Assembly: GCA_000002435.2 (NCBI GenBank)
Contig: CM018792.1
Source: Giardia intestinalis
Lineage: Eukaryota
Strand: one strand, 5' to 3'
DNA length: 64,000 nt
The notes beneath the pieces are model-generated. The model ran no database searches, had not been told where the DNA came from, and saw only the letters and a list, made by a program, of their open reading frames with translations. The position numbers and the translations under genes were made by a program. Positions 31,912 to 42,579 of this stretch are shown here, in pieces (within the stretch, counting starts at the first letter, position 1; every line of letters begins with the position of its first letter).

Positions 31912-33954
31912 TTACTCTGAGAGGAGGGCAATTATCTCATGGCGCCTCCATAGCTTGGCCATGTCAAGGGCAGTTTCGTCCATATTATCTCTAATATTCT
32001 TCTCCCTCACAAGGAGCCTCGCACACTCTATGTAGCCGCTCTGCGCAGCGACTGTGAGAGCGGGCCATCCGTGATTGTTTTGCATGCCACCCTCTTTTTC
32101 CACAAGTAATCTGACACAACCTGCATGACCATTCTTTGCAGCCCACATGAGGGCTGTCCATCCATCCCTCGATTGCACACAACTCTCCCTTTCCAAGAGT
32201 AGCTTAGCACAGTCTGTATAACCCTGTTCTGCAGCAATCATAAGAGCAGTCCATTTGCTGTTATCCTGTATACCGCCTTCCCGTTCCAGGAGCAACTCGA
32301 CGCAATCTCTATGGCCGTTCCCTGCTGCAGCCATAAGGGCGGTTTCCCCATCGTTATCCTGCATGCCAACCTCGTTCTTCAAAAGCAATTTGATACACTC
32401 TAAATGGCCAGCACTTGCTGCAGACATGAGAGCCGTCCGCCCCTTGTCGCTCTTCATGCCGCTTTCCTTCTCTAGCAGGAGCTTAAGACAGTCTGCGTGG
32501 CCAGTCCTTGCAGTATACATGAGGGCGGTCCATCCGTTGCTATCTTTCAGTCCCTTCTCTTTCTCCGCGAGCAGCTCCACGATCTCTGTGTATCCATATA
32601 CCGCCGCCCTTATCAGAGCAGTTCCCTCGTATATCTTCCAGTCACCTACAAGTGCGCATCCCTTCATCTTCGTGCCCCCCTGGAGCGGTATGAGAGCCTT
32701 CACGGCCTCCACGTCGTTTCTGTCGACAGCCCTCATGAGGTCGGTGGAGTCGTCCTCCTCTATTAGGTGCTTCTCTGGTTCTTCTGACTCCTCTGACTCC
32801 TCCATTTCGTCTGTCTCGTCTGTCTCATCCGTCTCTGTTTTAATCTCCTGCATCTCTTCGAATAGCTTGGCAGCAACAGCATAGTGTCTCCTAATAGAGT
32901 CCAATTTTGCGGCGCTATTAGTGGGATCCTTTTCGAGAGCTATCGTCTCGTCGTTGGCTCTATCCAGGGCAGCTGTAAAGGCTTCACGCATCTCCTTCAG
33001 TCTTGTGTCTTGGGCTTTCTGTTCATCAACAGAGATGCCAAGCCTCCGAATCAGATGAGCGAGCCCCTTGGCAGTCGGCCTCTCGGCGGGATCGAGGACG
33101 AGCATCTTCTCAAGGACGCTCCTTGCGAGGTCGTCTGCGATACCGCTCAGGTCCGGCCTCCACTCGGTGACGAAGACCTCTGCTGGCTCCTTGCCCCTCA
33201 GGAAGTCTGGCTTCCTCAGGGTGGCGAGCTCGTATGCGACGGCCCCGAGGCTCCAAACGGCGGACGCGGGGGTCACATCACCGCGGAGGAGTGTCTCGGG
33301 GGCCATGTACGCGGGGTCGCCAGCCTTCGCAGCTCCGCTCGATATGCCCTCGCAGAACCCGAAGTCTGCAAGAACAACACGCCGCCCGTCCCCAGCGAAC
33401 ATGATGTTGTCGGGCTCGAGAATAGCGCGGGGAAGCAGGTCGTCATCCACGTCTCCGCCGAGGCCGTGGAGATAGGCAAGGGCGCCAGCCAGCTGCCCCA
33501 GAAGGGAGAGGACCAGCTCGTTGGGGACAGACTCGTGAATGTCTCTGTGGTCGGTGATGAACTGCCGGAGGTCTCCGCAGCAGCGGTCTGTGACAACAAG
33601 GATCGTGTTGCCGTCTGTAAGTACCTGGTGGTATTTGAGAACGCCCGGGTGAGAGGCGCTTAGAAGAGCAGCCAGCCTACGCTTAATGGCATCCACACGA
33701 TGCTGGTCCAGACCATCAAGCTGGATCTTTCTCATAGTGAACTTTGGACGTTCGTTACTAGCATGGATAGTATAAAAGCCCCCTGTGCCTAACGGCTCGT
33801 CCTTGCATTCAAACAGCTTCTCGGGGTCGATCCCGAGGATGTCGCCTGTGCCCATAGTCCTTCCAAGGCCATCGCTTACGCCTCTACCGACGTCCCATAG
33901 AGTGCGTTCTGTGGGGGTCGAAGCAAAGGGATAAAGTCCGCAGTCAACAGCCAT
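31912..33954 (-). CDS. NEK-like protein kinase with C-terminal ankyrin repeats (predicted catalytically inactive)
   Basis: 680 aa. The N-terminal kinase fold has DFG (VVLADFGFCEG) and APE (PAYMAPETL). The catalytic loop reads LPRAILEPDNIMF instead of HRDLKPENI, so the HRD Asp and catalytic Lys are missing. An acidic ETDETDETDEMEESEESEE linker follows. The C-terminus has 6 or more ankyrin repeats (GWTALMYTARTGHADCLKLLLEKE, GRTALMSAASAGHLECIKLLLKNE...). Confidence 0.8.
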   Translation of the reverse strand: MAVDCGLYPFASTPTERTLWDVGRGVSDGLGRTMGTGDILGIDPEKLFECKDEPLGTGGFYTIHASNERPKFTMRKIQLDGLDQHRVDAIKRRLAALLSASHPGVLKYHQVLTDGNTILVVTDRCCGDLRQFITDHRDIHESVPNELVLSLLGQLAGALAYLHGLGGDVDDDLLPRAILEPDNIMFAGDGRRVVLADFGFCEGISSGAAKAGDPAYMAPETLLRGDVTPASAVWSLGAVAYELATLRKPDFLRGKEPAEVFVTEWRPDLSGIADDLARSVLEKMLVLDPAERPTAKGLAHLIRRLGISVDEQKAQDTRLKEMREAFTAALDRANDETIALEKDPTNSAAKLDSIRRHYAVAAKLFEEMQEIKTETDETDETDEMEESEESEEPEKHLIEEDDSTDLMRAVDRNDVEAVKALIPLQGGTKMKGCALVGDWKIYEGTALIRAAVYGYTEIVELLAEKEKGLKDSNGWTALMYTARTGHADCLKLLLEKESGMKSDKGRTALMSAASAGHLECIKLLLKNEVGMQDNDGETALMAAAGNGHRDCVELLLEREGGIQDNSKWTALMIAAEQGYTDCAKLLLERESCVQSRDGWTALMWAAKNGHAGCVRLLVEKEGGMQNNHGWPALTVAAQSGYIECARLLVREKNIRDNMDETALDMAKLWRRHEIIALLSE

Positions 33955-34030
33955 TGCTATTTTTAAATCCAGTCCTGATCTGCCTTTTGAAAGTGATTTT
34001 ACAGACTACTGTTCGAATGCGGTATCCAGT

Positions 34031-35300
34031 GTGATCTACTGGTGGTATGGCAGTACGCTCATCATGTTCCTCTTCTGCATGGCCATCGAGCGCCTCCTGA
34101 GACGCCTCAAGGAGAGAGGCATCACCTTCCTTGCTTATGCAGACGACATCATAGCGTTCCACGACGAGGCCTACCCAGCAGGCGTGATAACACAGCTGGC
34201 CATGGGCCTGACGATCAGGAGCGACAATGCAAGTCCACCATGGCGGGCGAGGAGGTGACCTTCCTCAGCCACCCGGTGTCCCCCACTCCTGCAAGCCTTA
34301 CCCCAAAGGCCATCGCAGGTGCTGAGACTGCCCTGAGGAAGATTGAGAACGCCCCCATAACCACCCACCAGAAGCTCATCCTGCTGTCACTCTGCGTGGT
34401 CCCGATGGTGAACTACGCCCCCCTGGTCGAGATAGCCTCGGACAAGGCGGACTACGAGGAGCTGACAGACATCGCACAAGGCTTCAGCACTAACCAACAG
34501 AAGCTGCGATCGCCTGGTCGACTTCCTGGCGTACCCGAAGGAGAAGGGCGGCCCGGGCCTGCTCATGCTGGGACTCTACCACGACGAGCTGCGGAGGGCA
34601 TGGGCCTCCCTGGACGTCAACAAGGGGGCCAGAGACCCGGTGGAGCTGTCGGTGGAAGGCCAGGCACTGCAAGGGAAGGGGGTCTACTTCAACCGCCTCC
34701 TCACGCATACACCAGCTTCCGGACAGAGCGGCGGCGTGCTGACCGAGGAGGAAAGGGCCCTGAAGCAGAGAGATGGCTCGATCATGGGGCAGACAAGAGG
34801 CACCTGCCCGGGCTGCCACACGGCGAGGACCCTCGACCACGAGGCACGACATGATCGTCGCGTGCCTGTGCCTCCGCGTCTCGGGGAAGTTCAACGCAGA
34901 GCTGGAAGTCAAGACCCACAGCCACCTCAGCGACCAGAACCAGAAGCCCGACACCTGGCTCGTTGACAAGTGCAGGGCAGTGGACGTGCGTGTCATCCAG
35001 CCCCGCCAGATGGACGCCTACTACAACGAGAAGGTCAAGAAGTACAGGGACGGGACGCTCCCGATCATCATGGGACGGACGGCTCCCTCCACCCCAGTCC
35101 AAGGGGCACCTCGAGGAGCTCCACGTGGACCTCTGTCCGGGCTGCCTTCGCTATCGCCTACATGGCTGCAGAGGCGAACGAGCACCCGACGAAGCTGGTC
35201 AGACGCGACCGGGCCGAAAGCCTGGCCACCCAGAGCGACCGCCTCCTGTCATCCTACTTCTGACAACCGAATGAGCCCATCCCCGGGACCCGACGACAAC
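34031..35300 (+). mobile_element. 5'-truncated, frameshifted non-LTR retrotransposon fragment (RT motif C to CCHC to REL-endonuclease)
   Basis: RT motif ITFLAYADDIIAFHD (YADD box) is followed ~600 nt downstream by the zinc-knuckle-like CPGCHTARTLDHEARHD. After a +1 shift come RHDMIVACLCLRVSG and KPDTWLVDK...VDVRVIQ, matching the RHD / KPDLV / D..V motifs of R2/GilM-type restriction-like endonucleases. No intact ORF remains. It starts abruptly beside the kinase gene start. Confidence 0.6.
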
Positions 35301-36435
35301 GATCGAGAAGGGGCAATGACCGGACACACAACCGAGTTGAATCCCAACCAGGAGAGAACGCCCCGCTAGCTGCTGCTGATATACATGGACAGTATTGAGA
35401 ATGACAACAAAGACCAGAGCTTCACTCACCGTGAAGGGAGAGCAAGGAGAGGCACCCTAGTAGACCAGCGAGCCTGCAGGACGGCCTGATCTCCAAAAGG
35501 ACCTATGTGCACACCTAGATCGAGCACACACCCGCAGAACAGTCGAGGAACGCAGATAGCTCCTCCCGTCCACTACTGTGGTCATTATCATATTCCATAG
35601 CCAACCCTCGTCTCTGGACTAGTCAGGGACTGAGCAAGAGCTTACCCGTGAGATCTCTGGACCATACCTGCAGGCGAGGGCCCCAGCAGCACACCACTGG
35701 AAGCAACCGGTGGGTGGAGTAAATCATCATCACCGTGGTTAAGTTGCATGCCAGCCAGCCGCTCATGGTGCCAGCCACTCCCGGTACTGGGCCCTTCGCC
35801 ACAGAGTTCACCGGCTTCACTTCTGAGTCGGAAGGCCCGCTGAACGTACAGGTACATGATGAACCGCGGACGGGGACGGGAAGGATAATCTTTACTAGCC
35901 CGAGTCCTTGCTGTCGATCCTTCGAGGAAGCCGGCATGTCTCTCCGTGCCACAAGCCCGAGGGTCTCGTCCCGGGGCTCGTTGATCTGGGCAAGGGCCTG
36001 GACGTCCTTGAAGACCTCCGACCCACGAAACTCGGCGAGGTAGCACAGAACCACCGCCAACGCTATACCTGGAGGTGCTGCGAGTGGTTATGCAATGGAC
36101 AGGGCCCTGTTTTGTCTATAACTTGTCAGAACCAGCCAATCCCACAGCTGCAGAGGGGCGATGTTTAGCACACGGGGTCCGCAGTTCTGGCCTCTGCACA
36201 GCACTGTCGGTCACTCGCGGAGCCGCGGACACGCAGGGTGCGTTGCTGAGGACCGGGCATCCACCTGCGTATCGGCAGCCATGAGAGCCGGTGCTCGCCC
36301 AGACCGGAGGCTCCAGTAGCAGAGTCCGCTGACCAATACGCATCAACACGCTTGGTGCACTGGCCGAGACCTGCCGTGCCGTGCCTGGCAGACGCAGAGC
36401 GCAGGATGGCACTGGGACGCGTTTACTACTTAAGT

Positions 36436-38547
36436 CTACGCCTTGCTTCGACAGAGGAACCACCGGCAGAGGAACCCGACGAGCCCCTCGACGATGACAA
36501 CAGCAACGACGATGCCTGCGATAGCCCCCGTGGAGAGGCCGCTCTTGTTTGTGTTCCTGCTATCCTTCATGAGATAGCAGAGGACAGGGCCAGTGTTGCC
36601 AGACGGGGGAGCGCAGCTCACGCAGCCATTGATACCAGTGACCCCATTGCTATTACCTTCGCAGAATGTGCACGCGCCTTCTCCCAATACAGTCTTGTAG
36701 TATCCTGTCGCACATACCTTACACGTTGTAGCTGCCCGTTGCATGTTTCACAGCTAGAATCACACTTTGTACATGTTTGGCTGCTTCCGATTTTTGCATA
36801 CCCATCTTTGCATGTCGTGCAAGTGCTTGAAGTAGTGCACTTTGCACAGCCATCAGAGCAAACCACAAGGTTAATACTACCGTCAATATAATAACCTGAA
36901 GCCATCAAAGTGCAAGTATCAGCGCCTGGTGCTGTTGTGCAGACACTCTTCCCAGGGAACTTGGTCGTTTCATAACAGTCCCCGTTTATACGAAGAAACC
37001 CATTGGTGCATGAGCTGCATGCGCCCTTGACAACATTTCCGGTCTTACAAGTGGCTGCGGCACGAGCAGTTGCTGAGGTACAGACCCCATTCTGAGGATA
37101 TTCTGTCCCCGCGGCGCACTCTGAACAATAGCTAGCTCCATCAATGGTTAGCCCACATGTTTTACGGGCACCACTACTTTGGCCTGTTGTGCATCCAGTT
37201 CCACAGGTGCCTTTGACTCCATCACTTTCGTACTTAAGTGCTCTTCCAGTGGGACATTCAGTGCAGTCATTAGCAGTACCTGCACTGCATGTCTTGCAGC
37301 TTTCGTGACACGGAGAGCAGGCATCACCATTTTTGTAAAATCCGTCTTTGCATATTTGACATTGCCCCTGATTATCACAGGCCTTACAGTTGGACACAGC
37401 ACACTTCTTGCAAGTTTGCTTTGCTCCTTCCGTTGCTCCGTAGTAATTCCCAACCTTGTTGCAGCTGTCTATGCACTGGCTCGCCGGGTGAGATAGTTTC
37501 CACTAGCATACTCTGTGCAGACCTCGTTCTCTTTGCCCTCGTTATTGCATGTCTTGCATCCAGGCGTCTTGCAATTACTTGCTGCTTCACACTTAGTTTC
37601 ATCAGCACTAAGTTTGTATCCTACTACATAAGTGGTGCATGTAATGAGGGCAGCCCCTGATTGACTAGTAACTAAGGCACACATGGCGCAATTGGCAATT
37701 CCGTCGGTGCTGTCATCCTTGGGGAAGAAGCCGTCTTTGCATTGGTCTTTTTGTACACATGATGTGTCTTCGCCTGTGGTTTTCAGATAGTTGTTACCAG
37801 TACACTTGATACATTTGATCTTCTTAGATTGCTAGTGATAGGTGCAGGTGTCACATTAGCAACGCCGCCATTAGGGCTATCACTGCAAGAAGCACACTTG
37901 TTGCCATTCTCAGAATCATCAACTGCAACGAACTTATTAGTGCTACCAGAATTACATTGGGCTTTATCTACGCACACGTTATCCTTGAGATACTTACTGA
38001 CTCCACACTTGGTACACGTTGCAACCTTGCCGGCCTCAGCGCCGGCTGTTGCGTCAGGGGCGCCGCACTCTGCGCAGTCAGCAATGCCCTTGTATGTGTT
38101 TCCGCCAGCTGTTATTGCTACTCCGGTCGTATAACTACATGCAACCACGGATTGCTCAGTATTTACCACTTCCGTGGGGATAAAGTATCCAGGAGCAGCC
38201 TCGGTGCATACTCAGCCACTAGCCACAAGGCAAAAGCTCTGCCCCGGCTTTCCGTCGTTGGGTTGGTAGCAGCCGTCCTTGTATTTAAAGGAGGTGCTTC
38301 CACATTGTGTGCATTTTCCGGCGCTATGTTACGGACAAAGCGTACTAGCTGGCGTTTGCCCAGCATTCGCACAGATCCCATCTACGGGAGCATAGTTGGC
38401 CCCATCATTGCATTCACTGCAATATTCACTGCCACCAATGGTGGCTCCGCACGTCTTGCAGCTCCCAGCACCACCTAATCCATTTGCTTCACATGCAGCC
38501 CATGTTAGCTGCAAGACAGCGCTAGCAAGTAAAAGTCTACCGAACAT
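36436..38547 (-). pseudogene. VSP pseudogene, inverted copy of 25381-27492 with identical lesions
   Basis: Identical fragment translations on the minus strand (ORFs 36436-36744, 36618-37397, 37783-38169, 38329-38547). Confidence 0.7.
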
Positions 38548-39698
38548 TGAGGTTGCTGATCAATGGCGGTCTGTAGGACGCAGCAACACGCACTTGAGGG
38601 GCACCCTTTCGCGGGGTCGACCCATTAAGTAATGCTCTCAATGTAAAGCCCGAGGCTCAGACGTACTACATGACGCCCTGCATGCCCACAAGAAAGTCCG
38701 ACGGCCTCGCGATACCGCCCGGCGTGCCTCACTCCCGTGAGAATGCCCACCCACACCCCTTCCTCACGCTATCCCTACACCACCATACATTCCTTCCTCC
38801 CTTCCTCCCTTCCTGCCTGGCTGTCCGGGTGTCCCTACCGTCCAACGCCTGACGGGAGACGATTCAAAAAATAGAAAAGGACCCCACGATTCCGGCTCCG
38901 TACTTTTCGCAAAAAATGGCAGATTAGCGCCTTGCATGGGCACGGAGGCCAATTTACGTTTTTTGCAAAAAATGGAAACTGAGCACCACGACAATAATAT
39001 ACTACTTACGTGACCAGAGCTGATTGCTTCCGAGGCCAGATTGCCGTCGCGATTGACGCAAGGCCCTAAGATAGTGAGTGCCCACTAGGTGCCAGGCAGC
39101 AGCCGGCCTCCAAGAGCTGGCTAGAAAAGAGAGAAATCCTAGAAGGCCCTGGGAAGAACCACATCGATGTCCGAAGGAAGTGAGGCATGAGGCCCTCTTC
39201 TCCCACCAGGATCCGAGGATATCCGAATTCCAGATTCTGGATTTGGATCTCAGATTCTGGGTCTTGCCAGAAGCAAGCGGGAGGTCCACCTGTCTAAAGC
39301 GGCAGCGGCTCGTACGGAAGATCTGTTCAGATAGCAGCTGGCAAGCTAACCTCGGAAATAATTTTGCGAATTAAAATGCCCCGCCCCTCCCTTCCTCTTC
39401 TGCCTCCAGGTCTGCCTGTGTGGCACATCACCCGTCCAGCACCAGGCTGGAGAGCAGGGGCGCGCTGATCAGCACAGGTCCGTGACGCAGGAGGCTCCCA
39501 TGGAGTGGTTCCATTTACAAGCTGAGCCCAGTGCGACTCCGGCTCAACGAGTCATCTCATCGTACCGCTAGTTGCCCTTCACGTTGTGCTTCAGACACGG
39601 GAATCTCAGTATGCGCACACGGATTCGCTAGCAGTTAATGTACTCGGTTGCAAGAAACCTTTTCGTTCTGTTGCAAAGGTGCGCCGGAAAATTCAGTG

Positions 39699-41777
39699 AT
39701 GTCGGTATTGTTTCTCTTCGGTCTAGCGGTTATCGGCTTAGCGGCCCAGCCGGGCGATGGCTCTACTCCGTACAAGAATGACTACTACGTTGCCTGTACA
39801 GGCTATAAGCCTAACTGCGTGCAAGACAAGTGCGTCATGTTCGGGCCAAGGACAACGTTGTGCACCGAATGCTTATCTGGAAAAGTGCCTATCAATGGTG
39901 CATGTGTAGGAAAAGACGATTCCCCTGCTGATCCCTCTATTGATCCAACTGTTTGTGTTACGGAATCAATTACAGGTAGTGACGCGTCACAACGGTGCAC
40001 ATCGTGTACTGGTGGCACCAAAGCTAGTGAAGCAGGAGGCTCGACCTATTTCTTATTCTACGGAGGTTGTTACAATAAAAATGAGTGGCCAGGTACGCAC
40101 ATCTGTGAGACTGTTTCAGATGGTGTTTGCAATACTTGTGCGGTTGCGCACGGTTTTGTTTTTGCAAACGACAGGAATTCTCAGGAGAAATGTATTCTGT
40201 GCGGGGACACTGCTGGTTTCAATGATAAAGTAGGCATAGCAGGATGTTCGTCTTGCATTTCCCTAGAATCTCCTTCCACCACAAGTGATAATACTAAACA
40301 GACTGCTGTCCGGTGTACATCGTGTGTGGATCCAACCAAAGCACCAATCGATGATGCATGCGCAGATACCACCTCCCATGTTTGCCAGAACGGATACTGC
40401 ACTCACTGTGCATCCACTCACGTTTGCTATAAGGGTGGGTGCTATAGCAAAGAGGGAAGTGGCGCATCTATATGTGCGTCAGACAACCTAATGGATATCA
40501 GTGGTTACTCTGCTTGCAAACAGTGTGTCAATCCCAACGAAGTTCCCCACAATGGCAACTGCAGACTGTCAAGCGAGTTTGGGGCCTGCAATAAGGACAG
40601 TACTGCTGGGAAGTGTACAGCATGTAATAGATCGTCCCCCGATCGTAGAGTCTTTTTCTATGAGGGCGGATGCTATACCACGAACGACCTCCTCGGGAGA
40701 ACTATCTGCACAGAGGCCTCTGGCGGAACATGCACCACTTGCAATGAAGCACAAGGATTCTTTGCGAAGGACTCGACGTGCAGCTGGTGTGATAGTACTA
40801 CAGCTGGTGCTATTGAAGATTGCGCTAGCTGTAGTATCAAGTCTGATGGGTCCAATAAGCTTGTGTGCACTAGCTGCAAGAATGATAAGTATGTCTCTGT
40901 AAGTGGCACTTCTTGTGTCACTTCTTGTTCTGCATCAGAATCTGGTAGCTGTGAAACTGGTACGTGTGTATGCAAATGTAACGTAGGTACCTATTTTGAT
41001 AACAATAGCAATAGCTGTATCCAGTGCGACTCAGCATGTCTGGAGTGTGACGGTTCAGGTCCTGACCACTGCACAAAGTGTTCTTCGGGAAAGTACACCA
41101 AGGTGGACGACTCTGGAACGGTTACATGTGTCGACGCATCTGAATGTGGCGATGGATACTATGCGGATCCAGAAGAGCTCCAGTGTGCCACATGTGGAAT
41201 TGAAAGCTGTCAAGCATGCACCCCTAAGGATAACAACCTCGTGTGCACACGGTGCTCCCCCGGACTTGTCTCCGTCGATGGTTTCTCGTGCCCACTCACA
41301 TGCACGGAGCTGAATCAGAGAGAGGAGGATGGAAAGTGCGTCTGTGCAGAGGGCTTCGAGCCCAGTAGTGATGGCGCATGCATAGCTAAGAACACCTGTC
41401 CATCAGACGCCACAGGGTGCTCGAGCTGCAGCGCAAGTGGCGAGTGCCTCTCATGTGCGGACAGCAATCACAACGTCCAGCCGAGCAAGAGATCCTGCGC
41501 CTCAGGCTGTCCAAGCGGATCAGAATCAGTCGGCTCTCTCTGCATATGCATGGAGGGGTACACCCTCAGGGGTGACACATGCGTCTCTCAGACCAGGAAG
41601 GCCAGCTCCGGCTCCACGACGGTCACCGTGGCAGTCGTTGTCTCCCTTCTCATTATAGCGGCCGTCGCCCTCACATGCTGGCTCGTCCTGCGGAGGCGGC
41701 GGGGATCGAAGCCGATCTCGAAGAAGAGGGCAGCGGCCGAGAACGTGGAGCTCATGGGGACGGTGGACGAGTTCTAG
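39699..41777 (+). CDS. High-cysteine membrane protein (HCMP), inverted copy of 22159-24237
   Basis: Translation is identical to the left-arm HCMP. The longer track ORF starts at 39648. Confidence 0.8.
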   Translation: MSVLFLFGLAVIGLAAQPGDGSTPYKNDYYVACTGYKPNCVQDKCVMFGPRTTLCTECLSGKVPINGACVGKDDSPADPSIDPTVCVTESITGSDASQRCTSCTGGTKASEAGGSTYFLFYGGCYNKNEWPGTHICETVSDGVCNTCAVAHGFVFANDRNSQEKCILCGDTAGFNDKVGIAGCSSCISLESPSTTSDNTKQTAVRCTSCVDPTKAPIDDACADTTSHVCQNGYCTHCASTHVCYKGGCYSKEGSGASICASDNLMDISGYSACKQCVNPNEVPHNGNCRLSSEFGACNKDSTAGKCTACNRSSPDRRVFFYEGGCYTTNDLLGRTICTEASGGTCTTCNEAQGFFAKDSTCSWCDSTTAGAIEDCASCSIKSDGSNKLVCTSCKNDKYVSVSGTSCVTSCSASESGSCETGTCVCKCNVGTYFDNNSNSCIQCDSACLECDGSGPDHCTKCSSGKYTKVDDSGTVTCVDASECGDGYYADPEELQCATCGIESCQACTPKDNNLVCTRCSPGLVSVDGFSCPLTCTELNQREEDGKCVCAEGFEPSSDGACIAKNTCPSDATGCSSCSASGECLSCADSNHNVQPSKRSCASGCPSGSESVGSLCICMEGYTLRGDTCVSQTRKASSGSTTVTVAVVVSLLIIAAVALTCWLVLRRRRGSKPISKKRAAAENVELMGTVDEF

Positions 41778-41785
41778 CTCTGCGG

Positions 41786-42536
41786 CTGGCGGGCCGCAGC
41801 TCATAGAGAGTGAATGCTTAGGGCCCGGATCATCCCCTGGACTGACGCCCAGCCCCTTGCAAGCGCCTTCCGGACCACCAGATCGTGGCCTGCCCCCAGC
41901 GGGTGGGTGCCACCGGCCTCTCAGTGCACAGGCCTCAGTTAGGGTGCAAGCAGGAAGAATCGCATCGAGTGCTGTGCCATCGGAGCCCGTCTCCGGTGCA
42001 TTCGGAGGCCTCGGGATAAGCTCGTGTTCGACTCTTGGCCAGTCCGAGGGCGGTTGTAGACAGCAAGCAGGGGCTCCTCTCCACCGGTGCAGAGGGACGA
42101 CCAGGGGCCCAGTGCAATCGTCGGTACCTGTGCCTCCGTGTCTCGGGGAGTGCAACGCAAGCTGGAGATCAGGCCAGCCCGGCGGCCAGAGCAGAGCAGA
42201 GCCCGACACAAACGCAAGGCGGTGGGCGTGGGTGTCATCCAGCAACTGCATGGATACCACAGCGAGGAGGTCAAGAAGTGCAGGGACGACCTGAGTTTCA
42301 TTCATCCTGGCGGCAGGCCAAGGAGAGGCACACTCGCGGCTCGTATGGCCCTAAGCAGGCCGGATCCTGGAGGCCGACCGGGGACCGCGCAGGGCTCTGG
42401 ATGCATCACTGGAGAGGAGCTCCTCGTTACATTATCCACGACCAGCCATCGTTTCCGGACGGCCAGGAAAGAGCGAGGATTACCCGCATGATCTCTGGAT
42501 CGCGCTCAGATAGCTCCAGCAGCACATCTACACGAG
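41786..42536 (+). mobile_element. Degenerate non-LTR retrotransposon 3' fragment, inverted copy of 21400-22150
   Basis: Mirror image of the left-arm fragment. The same REL-endo-like translation is found in ORF 42087-42491 (+). Confidence 0.5.
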
Positions 42537-42579
42537 CTACATAAAGTAACGCGTTTACTACCTAAGTACACAGCTAAGT

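Noticed and set aside
39648-39698. 17-codon N-terminal extension (MQETFSFCCKGAPENSV) of the HCMP ORF (same at 24238-24288)
   Set aside because: It would bury the signal peptide. The second ATG has an AAAATT initiator 8 nt upstream, so I preferred the shorter start. Without TSS data this is uncertain.
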